Of a stretch of DNA of 64,000 nt, positions 1 through 12,920 are shown in pieces. The stretch spans positions 3,787-67,786 of the forward strand of contig JAQGDQ010001048.1 in the NCBI GenBank assembly GCA_030141605.1. The letters are read 5' to 3'. The notes below the pieces were generated by a model. The model made no database searches and was not told the DNA's origin. It saw nothing but the letters and a program-made list of their open reading frames with translations. Position numbers and translations under genes: made by a program. This DNA comes from Tubiluchus corallicola (lineage: Eukaryota > Animalia > Priapulida). Numbering within the stretch: position 1 is the first letter of the stretch; the number at the start of each line of letters is the position of its first letter.

Positions 1-751
1 AGAACGCATTTGCATACACTTAACAATGCCTCGCCGCTCACACTACTGTAATAGTAACAGTTTTAACAGCTAGCTAGAATCTTACCTAGTTCATTTTTTC
101 TTGGTCTCAAGCAAGATCCTGCCAGTGAATCACCATATGCACTCTATGCAGATTAATACATAGTTACGAAAAATCCGTGTAAAACAACTGAAGTTACTGA
201 ACCGATGTGGTAGACAGCTTTGCTTTACCGACATGTCACGTGATGATTGCAGTTAACACACGTTGCTCTAGTACACTTAAATTTTGGCTTACGGCAAGTG
301 CGTGTGTGCAAAACGAAACCGAGAAAAGGCTTAATATAGGCGAAAATGATGGATGGAGGAAAAAAGACTCATAATCACTTAAACAGATTGTTCATGCTAG
401 CACTTACAACATAACAGGACACAATAAAAGTTTTAACGACGCGCGCGCATTGAACGTTTCGAATTCGATTAAGATTTTTAATTCAAGAATTTTTTATCTA
501 AAATTATGGATTCAAATTATTCACTTCTCTAACAACGTCTTTCATCACCAAAACGCTTGAAGCATCAAAGCAATCAAGACAATCTAGCGCAAATTCTATG
601 TATAATTTTAAACAAATTATTAGTGTCTTTATTACACACAACAAAATCAAGTAATATGCACAATCTTTGCGAGACCGCTTTTTATTTCGTGTTCAAAACT
701 AAAATGTTCAAATCGAATTCATTTTCACGCTCACCCCCTGAATGTTTACAA

Positions 752-2800
752 CATCGTTCATTCCGCTATCTCGTGCATCGTTCATTTCACTATCTCGTCC
801 ATCGTTCATTTCACTATCTCGTGCATCGTTCATTCCACTATCTCGTGCATCGTTCATTCTACTATCTCGTGCATCGTTCATTCCACTATCTCGTGCATCA
901 TTCATTCCACTATCTCATGCATCGTTCGTGCATCATTCATTCCACTATCTCGTGCATTGTTCGTGCATCATTCATTCCACTATCTCGTCCATCGTTCATT
1001 CCACTATCTCGTGCATTGTTCGTGCATCATTCATTCCACTATCTCGTGCATTGTTCATTTCACTATCTCGTCCATCGTTCATTCCACTATCTCGTGCATC
1101 GTTCATTCCACTATCTCGTGCATCGTTCATTCCACTATCTCTTCCATCGTTCATTCCACTATCTCGTGCATCGTTCGTCCATCGTTCATTCCACTATCTC
1201 GTCCATCGTTCATTCCGCTATCTCTTCCATCGTTCATTCCACTATCTCGTGCATCGTTCATTCTACTATCTCGTGCATCGTTCATTCCACTATCTCGTGC
1301 ATCATTCATTCCACTATCTCGTGCATCGTTCATTCCACTATCTCGTGCATCGTTCATTCCGCTATCTCGTGCATTGTTCATTCCACTATCTCGTGCATCG
1401 TTCATTCCACTATCTCGTGCATCGTTCATTCCACTATCTCGTGCATCGTTCATTCCACTATCTCGTGCATCGTTCATTCTACTATCTCGTGCATCGTTCA
1501 TTCCACTATCTCGTGCATCGTTCATTCCGCTATCTCGTGCATCGTTCATTCCGCTATCTCGTGCATTGTTCATTCCACTATCTCGTGCATTGTTCATTCC
1601 GCTATCTCGTGCATTGTTCATTCCGCTATCTCGTGCATCGTTCATTCCGCTATCTCGTGCATCGTTCATTCCGCTATCTCGTGCATTGTTCATTCCACTA
1701 TCTCGTGCATCGTTCATTCCACTATCTCGTGCACCGTTCATTCCACTATCTCGTGCATTGTTCATTTCACTATCTCGTCCATCGTTCATTCCACTATCTC
1801 GTGCATCGTTCGTGCATCATTCATTCCACTATCTCGTGCATTGTTCATTTCACTATCTCGTCCATCGTTCATTCCACTATCTCGTGCATCGTTCATTCCA
1901 CTATCTCGTGCATCGTTCATTCCACTATCTCGTGCATTGTTCATTCCGCTATCTCGTCCATCGTTCATTCCACTATCTCGTGCATCGTTCATTCCACTAT
2001 CTCGTGCATCGTTCATTCCATTATCTCGTGCATCGTTCATTCCACTATCTCTTCCATCGTTCATTCCACTATCTCGTGCATCGTTCATTCCACTATCTCG
2101 TGCATCGTTCATTCCACTATCTCTTCCATCGTTCATTCCACTATCTCGTGCATCGTTCATTCCACTATCTCGTGCATCGTTCATTCCACTATCTCGTGCA
2201 TCGTTCATTCCATTATCTCGTGCATCGTTCATTCCACTATCTCTTCCATCGTTCATTCCACTATCTCGTGCATCGTTCATTCCACTATCTCGTGCATCGT
2301 TCATTCCACTATCTCGTGCATCGTTCATTCCATTATCTCGTGCATCGTTCATTCCACTATCTCGTGCATCGTTCATTCCATTATCTCGTGCATCGTTCAT
2401 TCCACTATCTCGTGCATCGTTCATTCCACTATCTCGTGCATCGTTCATTCCACTATCTCGTGCATCGTTCATTCCATTATCTCGTGCATCGTTCATTCCA
2501 CTATCTCTTCCATCGTTCATTCCACTATCTCGTGCATCGTTCATTCCACTATCTCGTGCATCGTTCATTCCACTATCTCTTCCATCGTTCATTCCACTAT
2601 CTCGTGCATCGTTCATTCCACTATCTCGTGCATCGTTCATTCCACTATCTCGTGCATCGTTCATTCCATTATCTCGTGCATCGTTCATTCCGCTATCTCG
2701 TGCATCGTTCATTCCACTATCTCGTGCATCGTTCATTCCACTATCTCTTCCATCGTTCATTCCACTATCTCGTACATCGTTCATTCCACTATCTCGTGAA
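752..2800. repeat. 24-bp tandem satellite, ~85 copies
   Basis: Unit CATCGTTCATTCCACTATCTCGTG with recurring variants. It explains the long HRSFHYLV / SFIPLSRA / MNDARDSG ORFs. Confidence 0.97.
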
Positions 2801-3806
2801 CATTCGTGATCGAACAGCAATTTGCAAGGTTGCTTTTTAAACTAGGCAGCACAGACTTGACTTAGAGATTGCTTAATAACTGTTCAGCCATTTCTAATTT
2901 TGCCTCATTTTCCCCTTACCTGAACGAAATCATAACGAATTCAACAGAAGTCCTCAAAACTCTAGGTGAATTTTTCAAAATTAGATTTATTAAAGCATTC
3001 CTGAAGCAAACATTTTTAGAGTTTGGCACTTTGCCAGCTAGGATATAACACTGAGTGACAGGAATATTTAATATAACTGTGACAGGGGTGGAACCTTACT
3101 CATTATCAAGGCTAATCCCTGAGAGGAGCAACTGCACTGGCAGAAGTGACTTAGCCATGAAAGAGCGCAGCTTCAATTAAGCAAACAGCCCGACTCAATA
3201 TGACGAATGAAACTTTCCACAATGAGTAATGAAGCCAGCTAATTACTGACCAGCCTTAATGTTGCCTAATTTTGGTCGCAGAGTGGACCCCGTGACCACT
3301 CAGCTTACCACCCCCCACCGTACAGTACTACCCTAACTAAGGAATTAATGGTCGCTTGCGAATTCTAATTTTATAGAGTTTTAGTGCCAAAGTCAGCAAT
3401 GACATAACATTTTTAGTAACTCTTGTACAACAAACCACTAAACCAGAATTTATAACGTCAACACTAAAGCGGAACACTAGATACATACTAATCAAACACG
3501 TAATCTTACATCACTATTAAATTAAACTTTTGCATACTTACTCTTTATCAATATCTGAAGTGCTTGAATACTAGGAGGTCCCATTCCGGAATTATACGGT
3601 ATGACTGTCGTCAAGTACTGCAAAAAGAAAATCAAGCTCATGTTGTACTATTTGCACACAAATTTTGCATTTAATAACACACCAAAGAACTTTAATTGGA
3701 CTGTATTGCCACCCATCTTGTTAGCTAGTCTGTTATACACCGTGTATGAGTAGCATGCCTAATCTGCTAATGACACTACAGTAATAGCATAGTGCAATAA
3801 TGACCA

Positions 3807-4140
3807 TTGTTGGCATCCTTCTGTCTCGGAAGACAATGGAGTGTGCGCCAAGAGAGTCAGTTATTGATCGCATTGATGGAGCTGCAGCGTCGACTGTGGC
3901 TGAGCAGTCCGGTCCGTGAACCACTGGAATGGCCGCTCCAGGGCGCATGCCTGGGCAAGGTGTATGGAGATCCTGAGTAGCCCAGACAACAGGAACCCCC
4001 TCTCTTCCTTGCTGGTGTAGTCTAAAGGAAAGCGGAGCGATACGTTTGGCACCAGGTTGGCTGTAGGAGATGCCGGAGTCAGTGAGCATGCTGCACTGGT
4101 CCGCCTTCAAGGCTCCACTCCACCTGTATGTCAGCGTGCT
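3807..4140 (-). mobile_element. Related non-autonomous RTE-type element / SINE body without the 5S head
   Basis: Shares GCTCACTGACTCCGGCA...CTCAGGATCTCCATACACCTTGCCCAGG...CACAGTCGACGCTGCAGC...GAGACAGAAGGATGCCAAC with 38772-39010, but diverges upstream. Confidence 0.75.
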
Positions 4141-4289
4141 GAAGACATTTGATTAGAGTCAATTGCTAACAGTTTTTCTATACTTTTACATTGGAGTGAC
4201 CTGTACTGGACGTTTTTGAGACAATTAGGTGATTGATTCTACATTACTGTGAGTCTAATACAGGCGCCTGTATGGCACCTACTGTATTA

Positions 4290-4475
4290 GCTTAGTATTG
4301 GTAAATGCAGACAATCAGCAAATTCGGACCGACGTCTTCCCACTTCTATCCAGCAAACAGAGATATGAGTGTACTAACGAAACCGACAGTAAAGTATGAA
4401 AAAATTTTGCGCTCCCAGGGATTCGAACCTGGGCCTTCTATTGTCCGGAAGCTACGCTAACCACTACAACGTCAT
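4290..4475 (-). mobile_element. tRNA-derived SINE fragment
   Basis: Minus strand reads GTAGTGGTTAGCGTAGC...CCCAGGTTCGAATCCCTGGG (Pol III A and B boxes) with no intact cloverleaf. The 3' limit is approximate. Confidence 0.55.
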
Positions 4476-4888
4476 TCCATGGTGTTCTAATTTATTACAT
4501 TCCACGTCGCTTCCCATCATTATTTTGGACATCCCAAGAATCGTACACTCGAACATAATTCTGAACAGGAGAACAACTGGTCGAAAAAAGTTGCAGATGT
4601 TTGTGTCAGGTCTGAATGAAGCCACGTCTTCGCTTAAGTGGGTGCTGGCTTCATTTTGGGAAGCTGTTTTTCCCACCACCAATCAATAATTCTCTACATT
4701 TTCCTTGCTAATGTTCTACATAAATCAAACGTAGGACAACTCTGCGGGTTCGTTTCCGGGGGCAGGAAAACTTTTACATTTTTCTCGGCGAGTTTACTGA
4801 TTGTGTTTAAACGCACCAGTCAACAGAAAGCATAAATTTAACTTAATGTATAACTACAAATTACAGCCTTCCAACTTTTAAGCTAAAT

Positions 4889-5314
4889 CAGGGTTCCCAC
4901 AGAGTTTTAAAATAAATTTCCTGACTTTTCACTGACCAAATATCGATTTTTCGTGTCTAAGATGAGTAGAAATTGCATTACCAAATATTGCATTACCAGT
5001 ATACATATGCAAACATTTTTGAACATGTACTGATATATAATGTGTCGGTCAATCATTATTTTTGGAACAGAAATCGAAACTGGGAGACTGCCATAGCAAA
5101 ATTTTATTCGAACACGAATCGCTGAAAAATGCGTTTGGAAAAATATCGATTCACTGTGAATATTTTTGCAACCCTTTCCAATTTTCCTGACTTTTTACCT
5201 CATTTTCATCATTTTCCCTGACTGTTTACCAAATTAACTTTATCCCTGACTTTTCCAGGGACTTTCCAGGATAGCCTGTATTTTCCAGGATTTTCCCTGA
5301 CCGTGGAGACCCTG
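4889..5314. mobile_element. Degenerate hAT-like MITE
   Basis: CAGGGTTCCCAC ... GTGGAGACCCTG termini, internal TTTCCCTGAC repeats, imperfect TSD (GCTAAAT / GCTAAT). Confidence 0.6.
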
Positions 5315-5377
5315 GCTAATGATTAACAACCCTCCCGCCACTCAGACTTCCTCCTCTGATTATTCAAAGCAACCTAC

Positions 5378-5616
5378 CGAGCGTCCTTCTCCACTTTTCT
5401 CCTTCTTCTTCTTGTTCTTCTTCTCCATCTGCAGCTGCCTGCGTTTATTCTGGATGCTTAGCAACAGCGAGATGAAGTGATTCTTTAACTCCTTCTCGTA
5501 CTCCAGCTCGTCCCGTAAAGCCAACTCTCTGACTAGCGTCTCCGAGTGCTCCTTTATATTGCACTCCATCTCCTCGTAGATGCGAGTCAAATCGCTCACA
5601 GATGACTCTTCCAGTT
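5378..5616 (-). CDS. unc-76: FEZ/UNC-76 coding exon 5 (coiled coil)
   Basis: TTTCAG acceptor; LEESSVSDLTRIYEEMECNIKEHSETLVRELALRDELEYEKELKNHFISLLLSIQNKRR is the conserved FEZ coiled coil; GTAGGT donor at 5377. The terminal exon(s) were not found in the window. Confidence 0.93.
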
Positions 5617-6497
5617 CTGAAATGCAGATATCATGTAAAACCATAGATAAAATTAAAAAAGCTGTCAATGTCGCACATTTAATTCGCAATTCTTAATTTA
5701 AAGTACTACAATAATAATTTAATATGTGCTGCTACCTACATTTAAAATTATTTATTATTGAACTTAATCAAGTTCAATCCAATGCCAGCCAAACGTGTAA
5801 GTATTAAATAAGTGCAGCATCCCTACTTCGTGGAAATTCACTTATCCCGGGTGGGCCTGGAGTGGAACAGCCGCAATAAGTGAGGGAACACTGTACAGGT
5901 TGAGTACAAATTGACTCTAATTAAACCACTTTAGCATGCTGAATTACAAGCTACACACGTGTCATTACGTGCTGCTTGGATTCGAATTCGAAATACTGAA
6001 ATTCCATTTGATTCGAATTCGAAAGTCACAAATTCGACTCTAATTCGATTTCTTGCAGAGAATGCTCGCCCCTAGTCAATGATACTGTAACCTGCAAAAA
6101 CTGACAGACCAAATTGCAGGTCATAGATTTACTATGATACGACAGCAGCTGCCATTAGAACGAATCTATCCACAATAACCATGGAAACCACAAGGGCAGG
6201 AAAATAATTAAATTTAATCGACTGGCGTCATGGGGAAGCTGAATGTCGCGTGCAGAACCTCTTGAAATCTGAGCAAAAACACTAAACAAACATGCGACGG
6301 ACGAGGAGAGACACCATTGTAAATGATTTCAGTATGGCGTCATACAAATAAACTTGAATTGAGTTCTACGACTGCAGTAAATTCGGGAAAATGCGAGATT
6401 TTTGAGGGAGCAGTTACGTCAATAATTTGGCTATTCGCTTCTTTATGGAAAATGAATGAAGCGTGAAACTGAAAGCCTCCGTAGCCTCTGTGGAGAT

Positions 6498-6855
6498 TAG
6501 GGGTGAGCATTCTCTACCAAAAAGCGAATTCGAATCGACCCGAACTTCAGTGTTTCGAATTGGAATTGAGATTGAACGATTTGGAACAAGTTTTCGAACC
6601 ACCAGTAAAAATTAGTCTTACAAAGATCATGCATATCACTAGATTTTTTCTGCAGTAAAAGGACTAGCAATTTTTTTTAAAGTTGTGTGCAGAAATCACA
6701 GCTAAATTATGCTAATTGCATGATGTTTCAATCGTTTTAATGAGCAGGAACATATGTGATTGAAGTGCTGAATTAGTCGAATCTATATTCGAACTAAAAA
6801 ACTCGTTCGAATTCGATTCGAATGTTCGAACTCGAACGTTCGATGCTCACCCCTA
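6498..6855. mobile_element. hAT-type MITE
   Basis: Perfect 13-bp TIR TAGGGGTGAGCAT and 8-bp TSD GTGGAGAT (6490-6497, 6856-6863), with many internal TTCGAA motifs. Related fragments near 450-740, 5975-6075 and 20330-20416. Confidence 0.88.
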
Positions 6856-7586
6856 GTGGAGATGCAAAAATGTGATTGTTCAAAAACCATGTTAAACGAC
6901 GTTAAGCTAGCTGAACTATGTACACCGTTACTGAAAGTGCATGATAAACCATAGATGCAATAAAAATTAATGTTAAATTGTTTATCATCTTTAACTCCTT
7001 CAGGAATGCACCATTCAAAATAGGTGTGATAAGACCAATTACTTTTCTGTTATTGTATATGCACAGTAAAATGCTCCATTAAAAATAGAAAAATCTTATT
7101 TTCAAACATTTTGTTGCCTATATTTCATAAATAAAATTAAACGTGATTTTGCTCAAGTAAATTCAAACATGGTTCGATATTTCGGTTAATTGGGCCCGAA
7201 AATCCTAAAACTTCACAGTCGTCAGCACGAAGGTGTGCCACATTGCCGGTAAGAGTGCATCAGAAGCTGTTATGTAAACGACATTTTCGCTTTATTTGAA
7301 CTAAATTAGCCAAAATTTTGGACTGGTTTTTCACATCTAGGAAAAAATTGGATAATTAGGTAAATGCTAGTAAAACCTAGGAAAATGCTACGGAAAAGTT
7401 ATCCGAATTTCGGCTACGAAAGTAAATAAATTTCACCGAAACCGAAACTTAACCGAAAGTGCAATTATCGGCAAACCGGAACGAACTTTGGTTTCGGTCA
7501 CATCCCTGGTAATGTTGCAGCTTGTGTACTCCACTTTACTTCCAAATGAGCATTTCACACTTAAGTGACCCCCTATGCAGTCAATA

Positions 7587-8032
7587 AGTCTTTTCACAGT
7601 TTTTTGGTGTTGCTGCAGGTCAAAGGTTAAGTGTACCAGCAAAGTGTCTTAAACTACACACGTCACGTGACATGTGGGTAAATGATGATAACGATAAATC
7701 TTTTATTATGCCTCTATTTGCAGACTCAAAACATATGTATTAATGCGAGCAAAGCAAAGTCATCTGCTGCATCGGTTCAGTGACTTCATTTGTTTTACCT
7801 GCACGTTACTTAACTATGCGTTAGTCTGTGCATAGAGTGATTTACTAGCAGGACCTTGTTTGTGAACAAGAAAAATGAACTAGGTAAGGTTCTAGCTAGC
7901 TGTTGAAACTGTTACTATTACAGCAGCATGGACTGCGAGGCATTGTCAAGTGTACACAAATGCGCCGTTTGGTACACTTGAACGTTTGACCTTTTCACGA
8001 TCATCATCAATCGCTGGAACTGTGAAAAGGCT
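7587..8032. mobile_element. MITE family A, full-length copy (~445 bp)
   Basis: TIR AGYCTTTTCACAGTT plus an inverted subterminal GGTCAAAGGTTAAGTGTAC and an internal GAACTAGGTAAGG core. Other copies at 1-331, 26584-26965, 31673-32025, 45150-45450 and 53046-53345. Confidence 0.75.
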
Positions 8033-9892
8033 CATTGTTACCTACAGAATTACCAAGCGCAGCTTTTACTCTCGTGTACAACAGTAATTTCTGCAGAGTG
8101 GCTATCACGGTCTATTTATCTGTCTCAGTAATTTCTTTCCTTGCCATAAATGAAAGCACTATTTTTACTCTCATGAATAACAGTAATTTGTGAGTAGTAG
8201 GGCATCCCGGACTACTTTACCCGCCTCGTTAATTTTCTTTTCTCGCCGTAAATGAATCCATCAAGTGGAACTCGAATCCATTAAGTGGAGCTCGGATCTA
8301 TTCACTGTTTAATATTGACCTGCTCCTGCTACTGCCGGCAAACAGGACTCTGATTACTCACCGGGCTTAGTGTCCATGAGAATCTACAGAATGTAACACT
8401 CAGCATCGCAGGTATTGATCTGCAACTTCCTCATCCTCACAGCATCCCTGACATCCGGTGTATGAATCACTAGTACCAATTACACGGCAAATATCGACCC
8501 GAGGGTTACAATGAGGGGCAAAGAGTTAAGTGACAATGGTTTGCAAATTGATGCACTTTGCATACATCAAGTGGAGATATCAATTCCGATGCCTCGCACT
8601 AGTGAATCTGCATAGAAAATGGACGGGCGACTAAAGAAATTTCAGAATTTTTGTTCTCGACAAACTGAAATGTGCAAATTTTAATGCATCAATTAAATAA
8701 GTCTTCAAAATTATCAGATTCTGACAGTTTGATTCAGTTCCCTATTTGAAAGTTCATTTAAATTTCTGTTTGGCTAGCTCACTTTTCACTTCATTTAATA
8801 CGTTTTTTATTATTTTTTATTTAATATTATTGTTATTATTTTGCATGTTTTCTCATTTTGAGTTATACATGGACGATATGACAGCTTGAATTTTGATCAT
8901 TTTTATATTCATTTGTACCACATTATTTGGCTTTTACTTACCATTGCTTTTTCTTCATCATTTTCCTGTATGTTTAGATATTTTTGATTGCATTTTCATC
9001 CTTCAGTTATTTAAAGTTGATTAGTGAATTTTAAACAGATCAAGTTGCTAAGTAAAATAGTAATAATGTAATTTCACTACTATTCATGAGTGAAATAGCT
9101 ACAGTGTCATCCCAATAATCACATACATCCATTGAAGGATGGCTTGACTAGTTGACCTTCTTGGTCTTTCGCCATCCTATTTCCATTGTGATAATGAAAT
9201 ACGTTTACTTGCCTCAGTTATATCATGAATATGGAAATAAATGCACGTTTTGAATTGAAATTGAATTGAATTGACAAAATTTAAAACGTTAATGATATTA
9301 ATTTAACATTTGTCTTTGTTCTTACGTTCAGCCCGATCAGGCCACTGCAGGCAAATAATACAAATACTGCGATCATTTTTACAAGGTTTGTATGGACAGA
9401 GCAACTAATATACAAAATGTCCATTTTCTCTGCCTTTCTTAAATTCACATCACAGCAGGAGTTTAATCAATTTTTCATACAACAGTAGAACTATGACACT
9501 ACAAGCGGAACTCACAGTTCCTGCAAAAAAAGCTGGATGCATATATAATTATTACATTAATTTTTGGATAAATCCATAGCTATTCTCTTTACTGCATTGG
9601 CAAATTCAAAATCTACACAAGTAAAATTTAGCACGGTGCTTTGTTAGCTTGCCTCATTTCTACTATAGATTAAGAATTTTTCAATTTTCTCTAATAGGTG
9701 TCACTGTTAAATTAATGTCGTATTCACGCATCAGTTTTTACCTTTTTTGATGCGGGTAATTTTGTGCGGTTAATAAAGATAAACGAGATGCTTGTCGCCG
9801 GGGAAAAGTGAAAGCGCACAAACCCGGAAGCAGCAAATTGTTATAAAGTGAGTTGGAAGCGGTGTGACTCAGTAGATGAGTGTCATAACTTA

Positions 9893-10695
9893 CCCATTTG
9901 GGATTGATGCTTTCAAACGCTATTGGAAAAGCAATTTTTCACTGTCTACTGATGCAATGCGTTATATTGTATTGGATAAAATAATATTGTGATTCTTGAT
10001 TTTAACTATTTATGTCCTAGTGTCTTCTTACTTTAAACTAATTAGTATTATTAAGCATTAAAGGAAAGAACGACAGTGTGTTGGGTTTATTTTACTGTTA
10101 TCACTTAAACTGTTTGTGGTGTATTAAAGGAAAGAACGAGTCACTCAGTATGTTGTGTTTATTTTACTGTTATCAGTTAAACTCTTTGTGGTGTGCTAAA
10201 GAAAAGAACGAGTCACTCAGTATGTTGTGTTTATTTTACTGTTATCAACTTAAACTGTTTGTGGTGTGCTAAAGAAAAGAACGAGTCACTCAGTGTGTTG
10301 GGTTTATTTTACTGTTATCAGTTAAACTGTTTGTGGTGTGCTAAAGGAAAGAACGAGTCACTCAGTATGTTGGGTTTATTTTACTGTTATCAAAACTCCT
10401 CTCCAGAATGATGGTCAATTTTACAGCAGTTTTTGAACATCTTCTATTGTTTTAAACTTATTTAAAGGAAAGAACAATTCACTCAGTACTGTTATCACTT
10501 AAACTTAGAAAAATATATAAAGAAATTTGCAAAGAACTGCCCGTAAAGGATAAATTTAAAATAAACTACCCCTGAATAGAAATTTTCAGTTTCAGCCATT
10601 CACTTGAAAATTATGACGTAACTGGGAGACTTCGTGGCTTTTCGTAAGCGCGTCGTGGCTTTCCGTAAACACGCGCTGCTTAAACTAATTTAAAC
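9893..10695. repeat. Composite repeat with ~68-bp tandem units (locus 1)
   Basis: Unit AAAGGAAAGAACGAGTCACTCAGTATGTTGGGTTTATTTTACTGTTATCAGTTAAACTGTTTGTGGTGTGCT, ~5 copies; flanking modules shared with 14521-15340. Confidence 0.85.
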
Positions 10696-11059
10696 CATGG
10701 GGGTAAAATGGCCAACGGTCAAGTCTTACACAAACCAGATCGTGGTGGCAGAATGGCAATGGTGGAAATCTCAAGTTTTCCACACACGAGACCATAGTAA
10801 CCAGGCCATTCTCACTCGAAGCCTCCCTCAAAGTCAAATCATGGAGGCCCAAAACTAATACTGCAAGGACATATTATTATCCTCTTGAAAACTGTAGGCA
10901 AGTCAGGCCATGGTGACACGTTTGCAAAGGTAATAACGAGTTTGCAGATCAATAATCATCATCAATTCCACTGCAGCTGCATGTCTCTAGTAGTACTAGG
11001 TTAATTTAGCAGGTCAGTAAAGCACAGTAAATCAATGAGTCATCAAAATGTCACCCAGT

Positions 11060-11620
11060 AGCAGCTGCACTTGTTTACAGGGTACATGATGTTCTGAAAA
11101 TAATGCACATCACTGCACAGCTGCACTTGTTTGCAGGGTACATGATGCTCAGAAAATAATGCACGTCACTGCACAGATGCACTTGTTTGCAGGTGCATGA
11201 TGTTCAGAAAAAAATGCACGTCACTGCACAGATGCACTTGTTTGCAGGTGCATGATGTTCAGAAAAAAATGCACGTCACTGCACAGATGCACTTGTTTGC
11301 AGGTGCATGATGTTCAGAAAAAAATGCACGTCACTGCACAGCTGCACTTGTTTGCAGGGTACATGATGTTCAGAAAAAAATGCACATCACTGCACAGCTG
11401 CACTTGTTTGCAGGGTACATGATGTTCTGAAAATAATGCACGTCACTGCACAGCTGCACTTGTTTGCAGGGTACATGATGTTCAGAAAATAATGCACGTC
11501 ACTGCACAGATGCACTTGTTTGCAGGTGCATGATGTTCAGAAAAAAATGCACGTCACTGCACAGCTGCACTTGTTTGCAGGGTACATGATGTTCAGAAAA
11601 AAATGCACGTCACTGCATGA
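11060..11620. repeat. ~60-bp minisatellite, ~9 copies
   Basis: Unit GCACGTCACTGCACAGCTGCACTTGTTTGCAGGGTACATGATGTTCAGAAAAAAAT. Confidence 0.92.
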
Positions 11621-11936
11621 CAATGAAGCATTCTTTGGTTTAACAATGAAAATGATTAAATTAAATTCCAATGGTACAGGGTGTTGCAAAAATATTGCAC
11701 CACATCACTCACATCACTCAATTACACATATCTCATTCACAAACATGTAATATTAACACACAGATGAGTAAAAAAGTATTAGTTTATTTGATATCTTCCC
11801 AACCACTTAGTCATCATTTTGAATGTGCAAGGCAGCAAGTGATTTGTCTCTATTCAGCCCCTCATTAAGGGCTTATTTTTGGGATGACTGTGAAAATTGA
11901 ATTCAACTGAATGTTATGGAGTGGAGTGCTGTGAGT

Positions 11937-12094
11937 GCTTTATGTCTCCTCTTGAGCTCGACCGCTACCACCAAGTTTCCGATGATCTCACAGAGCTGCC
12001 ACCGTAATGCGAGGACCGGAAGCAGTGGCGTGCGGGATACTACCTATGCTGGCCTGCCTCCACCTGGTGGGGGCAGTAAGTAAGCAAGTAAGTA
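11937..12094 (+). mobile_element. 5'-truncated RTE-like LINE 3' end
   Basis: EDRKQWR motif, (TAAG)n tail, 12-bp target-site duplication AGTGCTGTGAGT (11925-11936 and 12095-12106). Confidence 0.65.
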
Positions 12095-12637
12095 AGTGCT
12101 GTGAGTATAGTTTGCAAGCTGGTTCAGTGTAAAGTTACCACAGATGTAATTTTCTGAAAGAGCCAGGGTCATGCACTTGTTGACAAGATGGCAAAGTTCA
12201 ACGTTAGTTTAGCAATGATGGTTAGCACATGGATGGAGAAGTGAATGAAGAAACTGGGTGATTTGACCTTCCGTACTACTTTGGCTGTACGCCACTCTGA
12301 GAGACGACATAAATGTATCCGATGCCTCTGCCGGGTAACTATGTCACGGTTCAAGATTATTTATTTCACATCAAGGCAAATACAAAATTAATACATTAAA
12401 GAAACTAAAAAGCTTCCAATAATGCAATGGTTGACAAAGTACATCGTAAGAAGCAAATTTTGAAAAAATGATCAGCTACCCACCTAAATGATTTGTGTTG
12501 CAGAGCATTAAAGAAGCCAAGCTTGTAGAAATGCTTTGACTATGAAATTTCAAGTAACAGGCTTACATACATTTGAATAAAAAAATGAAAGGAAAAGATG
12601 CGAAGAAGATGCAAGTGAGGATGAGATTTGGAGCAGA

Positions 12638-12920
12638 CGGTTTAGTCTAGTGGGACTGATTTCCGTCGGGGAGGTCGTGAGTTCAAACCAGCGGCCGGGT
12701 CATACCAAAGACTTTAAAAATGGTACCTGCTTTGCCCTGCCTGATGCGTGGTATTTAGGGAAAAAGTGGGGTAATAATAGTCTCTGTTTTGTAGTTGTAG
12801 GTTGTTATTTACAGTCAGCGATAATAGCTCTTTGAGCTAATGTTAATTGTTGACCCAAAAGCCGACTTTAAATCTGATTATTATTATAATTATAATTATT
12901 ATTATTATTATTATTATTAA
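12638..12920 (+). mobile_element. tRNA-derived SINE with conserved core and (ATT)n tail
   Basis: A-box-like TAGTCTAGTGG, B-box-like GAGTTCAAACC, then CCGGGTCATACCAAAGACTTTAAAAATGGTACC (resembles the Meta-SINE core from memory; unverified), ending in (ATT)n. Confidence 0.6.

Noticed and set aside
557-2840. 600-750 aa ORFs in several frames
   Set aside because: Translations of a stop-free 24-bp satellite; open in all three plus frames with no domain content.
4405-4470. tRNA gene
   Set aside because: A and B boxes are present but there is no convincing acceptor or anticodon stem; better explained as a SINE head.
1-5377. Terminal FEZ exon(s)
   Set aside because: Looked for the conserved C-terminal motif (VIPY...LLTDYILKVLCP-like) and did not see it; presumed to lie left of the window.
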